The notes beneath the pieces were generated by a model, which ran no database searches, was not told where the DNA came from, and worked only from the letters and a program-made list of their open reading frames with translations. From the NCBI GenBank assembly GCA_965657945.1, contig CBFHPW010000012.1, positions 2,109 to 66,108 of the forward strand: 64,000 bases of DNA, written 5' to 3'. The DNA comes from Flavobacteriales bacterium. Its GTDB lineage: Bacteria > Bacteroidota > Bacteroidia > Flavobacteriales_D > CAJJDF01. The position numbers and the translations under genes are program-made. Numbering within the stretch: the stretch's first letter is position 1; every line of letters starts with the position of its first letter. Positions 17,471 to 27,700 of the stretch are shown here, piece after piece.

Positions 17471-18343
17471 ATGAGTATACTAGTAAACAAAGATTCTAAA
17501 ATAATTGTTCAGGGTTTCACAGGAAACGAAGGAACTTTCCATGCAGGTCAAATGATTGAATATGGGACGAATGTTGTAGGTGGAGTAACTCCAGGAAAAG
17601 GGGGGCAAAAACACCTTGACAAACCTGTATTTAATACGGTAGCTGATGCTGTTAAAGAAACTGGAGCGAATGTTTCAATCATTTTTGTACCACCAGCATT
17701 TGCTGCTGATGCAATAATGGAAGCTGCTGACTCCAATATTGGAGTAATCGTTTGTATTACAGAAGGTATTCCAACGAACGACATGGTAAAAGTAAAAGCT
17801 TACTTGTCTGACAAAGATTCTAGATTGATTGGACCAAACTGTCCTGGAATCATCACTGCAGATGAAGCTAAAATTGGAATTATGCCAGGATTTGTTTTCA
17901 AAAAAGGAAGAGTAGGGATTGTTTCTAAATCAGGAACATTGACTTACGAAGCAGCTGACCAAGTAGTAAAAGCTGGATTAGGAGTTTCTACGGCAATCGG
18001 TATTGGTGGAGATCCAATTATTGGAACAACTACTAAAGAAGCTGTTGAAATGTTTATGAATGACCCTGAAACTGATGCTATTGTGATGATTGGTGAGATT
18101 GGTGGAGACATGGAAGCAAATGCTGCAAGATGGGTAAAAGACAACAACAAAAAGCCTGTAATTGGATTTATTGCTGGACAAACTGCTCCTAAAGGAAGAA
18201 AAATGGGACACGCTGGAGCAATCGTAGGTGGAGCAGATGATACTGCACAAGCTAAAATGAAAATTATGGCAGAATGTGGAATTTCAGTTGCTAGTTCTCC
18301 TGCAGAAATTGGTAAAAAAGTGGCCGAAGCTCTTTCAAAATAA
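17471..18343 (+). CDS. sucD: Succinate--CoA ligase subunit alpha
   Basis: [28 protein letters not shown] and KMGHAGA (phospho-His). Confidence 0.98.
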   Translation: MSILVNKDSKIIVQGFTGNEGTFHAGQMIEYGTNVVGGVTPGKGGQKHLDKPVFNTVADAVKETGANVSIIFVPPAFAADAIMEAADSNIGVIVCITEGIPTNDMVKVKAYLSDKDSRLIGPNCPGIITADEAKIGIMPGFVFKKGRVGIVSKSGTLTYEAADQVVKAGLGVSTAIGIGGDPIIGTTTKEAVEMFMNDPETDAIVMIGEIGGDMEANAARWVKDNNKKPVIGFIAGQTAPKGRKMGHAGAIVGGADDTAQAKMKIMAECGISVASSPAEIGKKVAEALSK

Positions 18344-18384
18344 ATGAATGTATTTTCTCTTTAGAGAAACAAATTGAAACAATA

Positions 18385-18417
18385 AAAAAAGCCTTGAAGT
18401 TCCTTCAGGGCTTTTTT
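18385..18417. terminator. Bidirectional intrinsic terminator between sucD and tRNA-Pro
   Basis: A6-GCCTTGAAG-ttc-CTTCAGGGC-T6. Confidence 0.85.
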
Positions 18418-18431
18418 ATTGTCCAATTTTG

Positions 18432-18506
18432 TCGGGATGAGAGGATTCGAACCTCCGATCTCTGGTCCCCCAGACCAGCACTTTAACCGGACTAAGCTAC
18501 ATCCCG
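18432..18506 (-). tRNA. tRNA-Pro(GGG)
   Basis: CGGGATG acceptor, anticodon arm CTGGT-CT GGG GG-ACCAG, T-loop GGTTCGAATCC; no encoded CCA. Confidence 0.97.
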
Positions 18507-18515
18507 AATCTATTT

Positions 18516-18905
18516 TTAATCTTCTAATATTTTTTCTAAGGTCTTTTCCATCTCTTTTTGAGTAAAACTTAATTTCGGTCTCGAAAAGTTAATGTCTTCC
18601 ACCTGATTTAAAGGAACTAAATGAATGTGTGCATGAGGAACTTCTAATCCAATCACAGCAACACCCATTCTTCTGCAAGGTATCGCCTTTTCCACTTGAA
18701 GTGCAACCTTTTTAGCAAATACTATCATTTCTGAGAGCATTTCATCTTTCATGTCAAAGACATAATCAATTTCAACTTTTGGAATAACCAAAGTATGACC
18801 CTTTGCAAGTGGATTTATATCCAAAAATGCCAAAAATCGATCATTCTCGGCAATTTTATAACAAGGAATTTCTCCTTCTATTATTTTGGTGAAAATTGTT
18901 GCCAT
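18516..18905 (-). CDS. HIT family protein
   Basis: TIFTKII, AFLDINPLAKGHTLVIPK and HAHIHLVP triad. Confidence 0.95.
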   Translation of the reverse strand: MATIFTKIIEGEIPCYKIAENDRFLAFLDINPLAKGHTLVIPKVEIDYVFDMKDEMLSEMIVFAKKVALQVEKAIPCRRMGVAVIGLEVPHAHIHLVPLNQVEDINFSRPKLSFTQKEMEKTLEKILED

Positions 18906-19378
18906 TACCTACTAATTTCCATGATTTCGAATTGAATAATTCCACCTGGAGTTTGTACATCCGCAATATCCCCAACCTTGTGCCCCAAAAGTCCTTTTCC
19001 AATAGGTGAGTCTACAGAAATCTTTTTGTCCTTTAAATTTGCTTCGTTTTCAGCTACCAGGGTGTATTGAACCTCCATTCCATTCTTTAAGTTTTTGATC
19101 TTCACTTTAGATAAAATCAATACCTTAGAAGTATCCATATCTGTATCGTCCAGAACTCTTGCAGTCGAGATAAGAGTCTTAAGCTGTGAAATTTTCATTT
19201 CCAATAATCCCTGCGCCTCTTTTGCTGCATCATACTCTGCATTTTCCGACAAGTCTCCTTTATCTCTAGCTTCAGCAATTTGCTGTGAAACCCGAGGCCT
19301 TTCAAAAGTTTCTAATTCGTGTAATTCATCCTTTAACTTTTTTAACCCTTCTTCCGTATAATAAGTAATATCCGACAT
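18905..19378 (-). CDS. greA: Transcription elongation factor GreA
   Basis: ARDKGDLSENAEYDAAKE and ISVDSPIGKGLLG. Likely start MSDITYY at 19378; the stop overlaps the HIT ATG by 1 nt. Confidence 0.97.
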   Translation of the reverse strand: MSDITYYTEEGLKKLKDELHELETFERPRVSQQIAEARDKGDLSENAEYDAAKEAQGLLEMKISQLKTLISTARVLDDTDMDTSKVLILSKVKIKNLKNGMEVQYTLVAENEANLKDKKISVDSPIGKGLLGHKVGDIADVQTPGGIIQFEIMEISR

Positions 19379-19409
19379 AATATCTTCTTTTTTGAAATTC
19401 TTATAACGC

Positions 19410-19437
19410 AAAAAAAGAGAATCTTTCGACTCTCTTT
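19410..19437 (-). terminator. Intrinsic terminator hairpin upstream of greA (minus-strand specific)
   Basis: Minus strand GAGAGUC-GAAA-GAUUCUC-U7; the G.U pair forms only on the minus strand. Confidence 0.7.
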
Positions 19438-19454
19438 CTCATTCTACGTATAAA

Positions 19455-19462
19455 CAAATATA
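19455..19462 (-). promoter_or_regulatory. -7 box (TATATTTG) upstream of the greA-leader hairpin
   Basis: Exact TAnnTTTG match, identical to the box upstream of tRNA-Phe. Confidence 0.6.
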
Positions 19463-19498
19463 CAAATTTTTATTTACTTAGAATAATCTTGTTCATTT

Positions 19499-20563
19499 CT
19501 ACTCATCCTCACTGTTACCCAACTGTAGCGTGACACCTACCGAGTGGATACCACCAAGTACTGGTGCGGTTCTATATGAATAGTCAACCCCTAAAGATGA
19601 TTCGTTTTTCCCGAAAGGAAAATCTAAGGATACTCCAGCTGTAGGACCTGATAGGGCTGATAACGTTTCTGAGTCAGAAAAAATTCCTTCCTCGTAAGCC
19701 AATCCAGCTCTTAGGATGATCATTATTTTCTTAGCGTTTAAGCTATACTCTCCTCCTACTCTAAACTGATCTCTTTGGAAGGAGTTAGAAGTGAAAGTAC
19801 CAGCTAATGTCAACTTATTGTTTTCATTTATTAAGAAATCATAAGCTGCTGCGATATTAATCAAAGAAGGCAACTCAAAATTAGCTGTTCTTTGTTCTGT
19901 CGTGGTAGAAATTTCTGTAAAAGGGTTCATGGTTTCAATTGAGAATCCATCACCTCTATATTTCATTGGTGGACCTACATTTTTCAATGCTAGTCCAATT
20001 TTAATTTGATCATTCTCACCGGTTACATACCTAACTCCTGCATCGAATGCTACCCCTGAAGCTCTTGCATTTGAGGATCCTTCATTCATAATTTTGATGT
20101 TTACTCCTCCAGTAATTGAAGCAGAAAATTCTCTTGCATAAGCTAAGTTCATTAAGAAACTTGAAGGAGAAAAGGTTCCCAATCCTCCCTCAGGTAGTTC
20201 CGTTGTTGTGACAGGAATATCACCATAATTAGTTGACATTATGCTAATTCCTAATACACTTGATTCACCCACACGCTGTGCCAAACCAAAAGTATTGATA
20301 TTGATATCGGTTGATTGCATCCAGATTGTGTTTGTAAAACTAATTTCCGTTTTTCCAGCAAGAGCTAATCCAGCTACGTTGAGTTGCATTGCCTCTAGTC
20401 CTTTGACGTGAGCTCCAGCAGCATTTCCCCATCCTGAAGTCCTTCCCCAAGGATTTATGAGCAATTGGGTAGCTCCAGCGGCACCAATTCGGTCCTCGTT
20501 TCCTGCAAAAGTGTTTACTGAAAACAGCGCTGCAATTGATAGTATTGTTAATTTAAGTTTCAT
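19499..20563 (-). CDS. PorV/PorQ-family outer-membrane beta-barrel (FadL-like)
   Basis: Signal peptide; AGATQLLINPWGRTSGWG N-terminus, alternating barrel strands and GVAFDAG. Confidence 0.8.
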   Translation of the reverse strand: MKLKLTILSIAALFSVNTFAGNEDRIGAAGATQLLINPWGRTSGWGNAAGAHVKGLEAMQLNVAGLALAGKTEISFTNTIWMQSTDININTFGLAQRVGESSVLGISIMSTNYGDIPVTTTELPEGGLGTFSPSSFLMNLAYAREFSASITGGVNIKIMNEGSSNARASGVAFDAGVRYVTGENDQIKIGLALKNVGPPMKYRGDGFSIETMNPFTEISTTTEQRTANFELPSLINIAAAYDFLINENNKLTLAGTFTSNSFQRDQFRVGGEYSLNAKKIMIILRAGLAYEEGIFSDSETLSALSGPTAGVSLDFPFGKNESSLGVDYSYRTAPVLGGIHSVGVTLQLGNSEDE

Positions 20564-20607
20564 AAGAGTATGTTTCTTTAAATAATTAATTTACAGTTGT
20601 GGTATCC

Positions 20608-23600
20608 TTAGAAATTAGTCAAATCTGGTGGTCTTAAAGCTCCAAACCACTTAATAACTTTCTCTCCTACTTCTGGTACGTCAACATGTATAATGTAGAC
20701 TCCACCAGCAATGGGCACACCGTTCACATTTTTCAAATCCCAATCTATTGAAGTCAATGGATCATCTTTTGTTAATGTTCTTACTAACGAACCGCCTACG
20801 TTGTAAATCCTAATTGTACATTTCTCAGGTAGATTCGTTATTTTAATTCTTGTGTCTAGCCTACTAGACTCGTAATTAGCGTAAGCATAATAAGGATTTG
20901 GCACCACATTAATTAAATCTAATGCAGATTGAGCCGTATCTAATACGCCTTTTCCAGTTGCCACAGAATTGGTGTTAAACTTGTATAGATTAAACCATTC
21001 ATTTTTACTAGCTGCTTCATTGTTAGCTGTGATGGATGATACAACGTTTACCACATTACCTCCAGTAGCATATCTTTCGTAATCAGTTTCCACTCTTACC
21101 TTTAGGATGGCATCTGTTGCAAGAAATGTTCTTCCTGGAATAGTCATTGGTATTCCTACCCACATACATGACCTCCAAAGTTGTCCTCTTTGTGAGGCAT
21201 TATTAATTTTATCCCACACTTTTTGACCGTTGTCATATTGGGTAATAGGATTAGCATCATTTGCCATAATGACTGGCTCTGTTACTATATCCTGATTTCT
21301 AAAGATATACAAGTAGTGTTTACCTCCAGCTACCCAGTTTCCTAATCCTTGAGAGAATGTAGAGGTTGGGTTGAACATCATGTCTCTTCCGTTATCTCCA
21401 GCCAACCAAGAGTCCTCACCGTAAGCAACATTCAATCTTTCTCCAGTTTCTAAATCAATCACATATCCTGGGAACCAACCCATTCCTGTTGCACTCACTA
21501 AATCACCTTCAGAACTTTTGTAGCCTGGATCACCAGCTTGCCTTCCTTCTTTATCAATAGAAGCTGCTTCTCTTGGCCGCAATTTGCTTGCACCACCCTC
21601 TGCTAAGGTTGTACTTTCTTGTGTTTCCAACACCACACATCTCGTCCATAAGTTTTTGTCTCTTGTATACACAACATCTACACTGTGTAACTCCAACATT
21701 CCGTTGAATGACTTGAGAGCACCAGTTGCTTCTCCCACTCCTCCAACGGGTGAATTGGGCACTGGCTGAGGTCCCATTAATCTGAAAGGTGCGAATGTTC
21801 CATTTGCAATTCCTTCAAACTGTTGCTGATCATCTAGTCCTTGGTAATCATTGTATGCTCCATCTGGAGTCGCTGGATCACTTATTTGTGTTCCACTCCT
21901 AATCCAATTGAATTCTGAATTTCCATCTTGGTCAGGCATTCCTGTTAACCAAGCCTTAGTTGGATCTGAGTATTCTAAACTCCAAGAGATCAAATTTGTA
22001 CTTGCCTCAGCCGCCCCTCCTGAACTTGCAGGATCAGTTTTTACCAAAACTGTTTGGTGATTGTATTGCTCAATATTTATTGAAAACCCTAGATCTGGGA
22101 ACAATTGTTCATATCCTAGTGCAATGCTTTCATCGGAAGTATAAACTTCGCCAGTACTCAGACTCGTTAATTCCCAAGTAGCTGAATCCATTCTATTGGA
22201 AGCATCTTTAATAAATCTTAATTCATATTCATCAGCAATTAAGTTTAATGGATCAATCACCTTAATGTCAACAGGACCTTTGCCTGCTTCGTAGGTTACT
22301 TCTTCCGCTCTGTTGTTTTTGGCAATATCTATTCTAGATTGGGCAGTCAAATCTAATTCTCTTCCTCCGTTACCCATTCCTTCTATTCGAGTAATTTCAA
22401 CTCCATCTCCGTAATTTGCATTTTGAACTGTTCCACCTGCTTCAGGAGAGGTGATATGAGGTATTCCTCCGTAAGCTGCAATTTCTCCTCCATCAAATCC
22501 TTTTCTTGAAGCGATATAAGGTTTTTGTTGACCATCTAACGCTAAAGCATTCGTAGGGTCATATTTCTTAAACTCATTGTATCCGTATGCAATAATTAAG
22601 AAATAATAGGTTTTGTGGTTTACTAATCGAGTATTTCCTTTTGCAAACAAATCTTCAGTTACCCTTAGTGAGTGTTTAATTCCCTCGTCAGCACCATTAG
22701 CCAGCAATTCAGGAACTCCCACTTCTAACACAGGGTCCACAGAATAGTTAATCAATTTGGTTATTCCATTTACAATATCAAACTGAGCAACTAATCTCGA
22801 CTTATCAATGTCATAAATATCTGAAGCCGACACTGAGTTATCTTTCAATTGGAAGATCTGGTAACCTTCAAAAGTATAGAAATTGTTTCTTCCGTTTACT
22901 CCTTTCAGACTATCTACCAATAAACTTGTATCGATAGTTGGATCTAATTTTGCATAATTTTCAATATCAGAACCATTGGCTTTTGGATCAATAGTAAGGA
23001 TTAATTCTTTGTCTAATTCTTGAATTGATAATTTAGGAGCATCTGGTCCTTCTAAAATTTCGAAGCAGTTATCAAACAAACTCTGCGCTTTATCATCTGC
23101 CTGAGTCAGTTTAGCAATTGCTGATAAGTTTCCGCTAGTACCTCTTCCGTACACCACCCCAACCGTAATATTGTTCAATGCACCTGGCTCCAAAATAAAA
23201 GGACCGGCTGATTGCAAGAATCTTCTATCACCTGCTGCGTTTCCAACTGATGATTCCGACCATGGCAATGCAGCTACAGACGTGTTTCCACCAGTTCCCC
23301 ATCCTTCTGGATCCGTATTACGACCAGTTGCCGGGTCACTTGGGAACATGAAATCACAATCAATACCTGAATTAGATGTACCAATGGGGGCTGGATAAGC
23401 ATTTCCACCGTATTGAAATTTCACTCCATCTTTCCATAAACCTCTCAAATAATTGTAGTGTTCAATTTGGTTATCTGGATCACTTTGATTACCTCCGGCA
23501 GAATTGTTATAGTATACAAATCTTCTCATCCCAAATCTTTCATTGTCTACCACAGAATCTCCATATCCAATTCCGTTTCCTGGTACTGCTTCTGTAAGAA

Positions 23601-24780
23601 AGTTAGAGGATCCGTTTACAAAGTATGGGTTTGCTAATCCGTCATTATCTTGGTAAGGACCTTCGAAAAAGTCAACACCAATTGCTGGAGGATTACTTCC
23701 GTAAGGAACGGCACCATTTGAACAATTGTCGTCTGTTGCATCTGCGTTATAGGCATAACCCAATCCTCTTCCCACATCACATCCTACGTAATCATCCTGT
23801 GCACAACCTAAATCTGTATCTACATTTTGTCCAAAATAAGTATCAAACAAAGTTTGTGTTGATCGGTTGATCAACTCGTAGTTATAAAAAGTCATGTCAT
23901 TAATTTCGTCATTTGTTGCAAACGAAAAGGCTTGACCTCTAATTTCCATTCCTATTGGCTCTCCACCTGACTCAGTATGAATATTACCTCTATCATTGAA
24001 AATCCACCAGATCGTAAAATCTCCAAACAAAGTGACCTGTCGACTTGTTCTACAATCTACCTCTTCTTCAATGTCATACCAAGGGTAATCACCATTTGCT
24101 ACATCGTAGGTTCCATCTCCATCATTGTCATAGAAAGGTGCAATGTAATAATCTTGGAACTTTGAAACATCTCCATGAGCTGGCCAATCGGTAATGCTTG
24201 AAGGAATAGAGTATCCTGGAAAGTCAACAGCTGCATCACAAGAAGGATCTTGTGAACACTGGTACCAAGCTCTAAATTGCTCAACTTCTTGTCGAGTTAT
24301 AACGAAAAATTTATCCCATTCAGCACAGACGTCAGCTGTTATGTCTGCAGGTCCAAAATCTCTTTTGTCTACTCCGTTTCCAGATCCTGGAACAGTAGTA
24401 AGTGGCCCTGGCCAATAATCATTTCCATCAGATCGGAAACGAATTGCTGCTAATTTCAATTGATTGGTTGCATCTACTCCACCCATCCAGAGCCCTCCTG
24501 CAAATATTGGAGAAGTTCCTGCATCTTTTGGTATAAGGTAAGAAGCCCTTCCTAAAGAACGGTTATACCACAACAATCCACTGTTTTCGATGTAAGCACT
24601 CGCGTTGTTAAAAGCCAGTGTTCTGTTTTGACTTGCTGGTGCACACGATGCGGCCCTAGTCGAAATTGAGCTACTATTTGTTTTAGTTGATGTTCCTACC
24701 CATTCTCTTGCCGCTCCCGACATAGAAAGTGTTAGTCCCACACCTAATAAAAAAAGGTTATATATGTTACTTCTTTTCAT
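20608..24780 (-). CDS. 1390-aa secreted protein with atypical T9SS-like C-terminal sorting domain; function unknown
   Basis: Signal peptide; Gly/Asp/Asn-rich beta sequence with DNDGDG-type Ca motifs. C-terminus INVVPNPY...IRIYNVGGSLVR...WDLKN..G.PIA.GVYI. Confidence 0.85.
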   Translation of the reverse strand: MKRSNIYNLFLLGVGLTLSMSGAAREWVGTSTKTNSSSISTRAASCAPASQNRTLAFNNASAYIENSGLLWYNRSLGRASYLIPKDAGTSPIFAGGLWMGGVDATNQLKLAAIRFRSDGNDYWPGPLTTVPGSGNGVDKRDFGPADITADVCAEWDKFFVITRQEVEQFRAWYQCSQDPSCDAAVDFPGYSIPSSITDWPAHGDVSKFQDYYIAPFYDNDGDGTYDVANGDYPWYDIEEEVDCRTSRQVTLFGDFTIWWIFNDRGNIHTESGGEPIGMEIRGQAFSFATNDEINDMTFYNYELINRSTQTLFDTYFGQNVDTDLGCAQDDYVGCDVGRGLGYAYNADATDDNCSNGAVPYGSNPPAIGVDFFEGPYQDNDGLANPYFVNGSSNFLTEAVPGNGIGYGDSVVDNERFGMRRFVYYNNSAGGNQSDPDNQIEHYNYLRGLWKDGVKFQYGGNAYPAPIGTSNSGIDCDFMFPSDPATGRNTDPEGWGTGGNTSVAALPWSESSVGNAAGDRRFLQSAGPFILEPGALNNITVGVVYGRGTSGNLSAIAKLTQADDKAQSLFDNCFEILEGPDAPKLSIQELDKELILTIDPKANGSDIENYAKLDPTIDTSLLVDSLKGVNGRNNFYTFEGYQIFQLKDNSVSASDIYDIDKSRLVAQFDIVNGITKLINYSVDPVLEVGVPELLANGADEGIKHSLRVTEDLFAKGNTRLVNHKTYYFLIIAYGYNEFKKYDPTNALALDGQQKPYIASRKGFDGGEIAAYGGIPHITSPEAGGTVQNANYGDGVEITRIEGMGNGGRELDLTAQSRIDIAKNNRAEEVTYEAGKGPVDIKVIDPLNLIADEYELRFIKDASNRMDSATWELTSLSTGEVYTSDESIALGYEQLFPDLGFSINIEQYNHQTVLVKTDPASSGGAAEASTNLISWSLEYSDPTKAWLTGMPDQDGNSEFNWIRSGTQISDPATPDGAYNDYQGLDDQQQFEGIANGTFAPFRLMGPQPVPNSPVGGVGEATGALKSFNGMLELHSVDVVYTRDKNLWTRCVVLETQESTTLAEGGASKLRPREAASIDKEGRQAGDPGYKSSEGDLVSATGMGWFPGYVIDLETGERLNVAYGEDSWLAGDNGRDMMFNPTSTFSQGLGNWVAGGKHYLYIFRNQDIVTEPVIMANDANPITQYDNGQKVWDKINNASQRGQLWRSCMWVGIPMTIPGRTFLATDAILKVRVETDYERYATGGNVVNVVSSITANNEAASKNEWFNLYKFNTNSVATGKGVLDTAQSALDLINVVPNPYYAYANYESSRLDTRIKITNLPEKCTIRIYNVGGSLVRTLTKDDPLTSIDWDLKNVNGVPIAGGVYIIHVDVPEVGEKVIKWFGALRPPDLTNF

Positions 24781-24791
24781 AGTTGTTATTT

Positions 24792-27700
24792 TTAAAAGTC
24801 AAGTTTTACTCCTAATCTAATTGTTCTTGGTAAAGAATAGTTGAAAGGATTATTCATTCTCAAAGCGTAGTATTCTCTAAATGATGCTTCATCAATTTGA
24901 GCTGCAATAATTGACTGGAATTGAGCTTCAGACAAGTATCCATCGTCATTCGCGTTACCAGTTGCTCTGTACACCCCTAAGATATTCTGAGTGTTTAATA
25001 AGTTATTAAATAACAAGTATACATTTAAAGCTGCTGTTTTTTGTTTCTTTGATCCCATTTTCAACATGAAGTTTCTATCAAGTTGAAGCGCCACTCTGAA
25101 TTGACTTGGGTTTCTAGAACCGTTTGGCGTTCCTGCTAATACTGGAGCAAGTTCTCCTGTTAAAGGTACTGCCGATTTTGCTGCAGAATATGGCGTTCCT
25201 GATGCAAAGTTTGCAGTAAAGTTAACTCCTGTGTTTTCTAGAATCTTTTTTCCTGCGATTACTGGTCCGTTATAATCTTTGTCTTCGCCATATCTGAAAT
25301 CCACTGTTGCATTCACTGCATGTCTTTGATCGTAGCTATATGGGAATATCGCTCTTAGGTTAGGCTGTCCCGAATTAATAAGAGCTAATGAGGAACCAGC
25401 AGAAGAACCTGTACCTTCAGCAAACTGAAGCGTATAGGAAACTTTCATCCATAGGTTTTTAGATTTTCTCTTGTCGTAAGTTAATGTTACCCCTTTTACC
25501 GTTCCAAAATCAAGGTTACCAAATGATCTATATGTTTTTGGGTAAGCCCCTGCTACATTGATAACCGTAATTTCATCTCTTTGCTCTCTGTAGAAACCTG
25601 CGATTTTCAACGAAGAAGATCTACTTAATACCTGTTGGAATCCAACCTCGTAATCAATCGTTCTTGTGGGTCTTAAATCAGGGTTGTTAATTGTGTTGGC
25701 CGAGATATTCTCAATATAAAGGTAATCCAGTGGATTACTTCTAATTCCTGTTGTTGGCCTTTGCGATAAAATATCGTAGTGAGCAAAAAACAAGGCATCT
25801 TCTGAAATCGGGAAAGAGAAAGATATTCTTGGCATCACAATAATTGAAGGCTGGTAATCTTGAAATGCATTAGAATTTACTTCATCAGTAGCAGAAACTC
25901 CATCTGCCAAATACGGAGCAATACCATTTGGTGATTCAATAGTTCTTGGATCAGTAATTTCAATTCCATCTGCGTTGTACCAGGTATTTCCGCTTCTGTA
26001 ACCGTTTATAGCTGTTGGTGCATTTACGTCATTCACATACACAACGAAATCATCGCCCATGTTTGCAGGGTGAGGACCTAAATCTCCTACCTCAGCTACT
26101 GTTTTAGCTGGCCTCAATAAGTATTTGTCTTTTAAAACTGGTTGATTTGCATCAAATCTATCTACTCTCAGTCCAACATTAAAAATGATGTCGTTGAAAG
26201 CAAATTTATCCATAATAAATCCAGCAAAATAAATTGGTTCAAATGCTGCTACAGGACGTGTAAAATTCCCAAACTCATCTTTTTGGGTAAAGAAATCATC
26301 TAAACTTGGGTTAGAGGAAAGTCTTTTTCCTGTGTGATCGAATCCAAAGTAACTCACAAAACTTTGGTCGAATCCACCATTTGTTAACTCATCTGCACTA
26401 AAGAAATCTACATTGAATTGAGAAGGATCTAGGGCATCCACTACAATAAAGTCTGATCCGTTTGGATCCAATCCCAATGAATTTCTTAAGTTGTAATCGA
26501 AGAATGATTGTGCATCAGAACTAATAAGTCTGTCGTAGGTTCTGTATAGGAATGTTCCTCTATACTCGTCTGTGTAGTTTTCTAAATCTAGCTCATTGAT
26601 ATGGCTATTTGCCAACAACCTCATCCTAGTCCACAAAGCATTTGGTGCGATACTATAAGATCTATCCGATCTTTGCTCATATTCAAAACCTACTGTAATT
26701 GCATGATCTCCCACATTGGCAGAACCCGAGGCTGTAACTCTGAATTGGCTAAAGTCTGAATAGCCATAACCACTTGGTTGTGCTCCTAAGTTCGTGAACA
26801 ATCCATACACAGATCTTGGCCCGTCTCCATTTCTAAGTGCTTGTCCCTGAAGAACTTGATCAATTGCTGTTACATTTCCTTCGTTAAAATCGTAGAATGA
26901 CTGAGTCACGGCAGCTAAATCTGAGTTGACATCTGAAGCTGTAAAATCCGCTCCAGTTTCTTGAAATCCATTGTGTATATAAGTGTTTGTCGCGGCATCA
27001 TAATCGTAGCTGTTTTCAAACTGCCTATCGAATTTTCCAACATACCCATAATCAAACAAGTTGTCTCCGTGCCTTGTATTTGTTGTCTTGCTCGAGCTTC
27101 TCGAGTAATCGACCATTACCGTGTAGTATGCATTCTTAATTTTTGATTGCATTTCGGAATCTTTACTTAAGTTGTTTTGAAATCTTTGAGTCATTTTTCC
27201 ATAAACACGCCATGTGCTAGAAGTGCTATTTGATAAGTTATCTGAATTGAGTAAAGAACTAGCAAAGCTGTATCCGTTTCCATTTGCCCAATCTAAAGTC
27301 CCTCCAAATGAAACATTCACGTTGGTTCCAGTATTCACATCAATTTTAGAGGAAATAGAGGCTCTTCGTTGCGCTACATTTTGTCTGAATTTGATTTTTT
27401 CAAAATCATCCATTGTCAAAAATTCTGTTTTGTAGTTAATTCCACTTCCTGCATTTCTAACTACTGGATTTGCCAAGATATCTTCTTTCACCTCGTCTTT
27501 TAATTGATATTGGTCTATAGCAAAAGGTCTTGTATCTACGATATGGCTCAAGTTTCCAGAAAGAAAAAACCCTAAAATTGGTTTTGTCTTTTTTCCGTTA
27601 CTATCTTTCTTCATCCAAAGAGGACCAGCAATACTTCCCTCCAACAGGTTATAACCGTAATTATCCAATCCGTAGGTGTTTTCTCCTAACTTATATCCAG

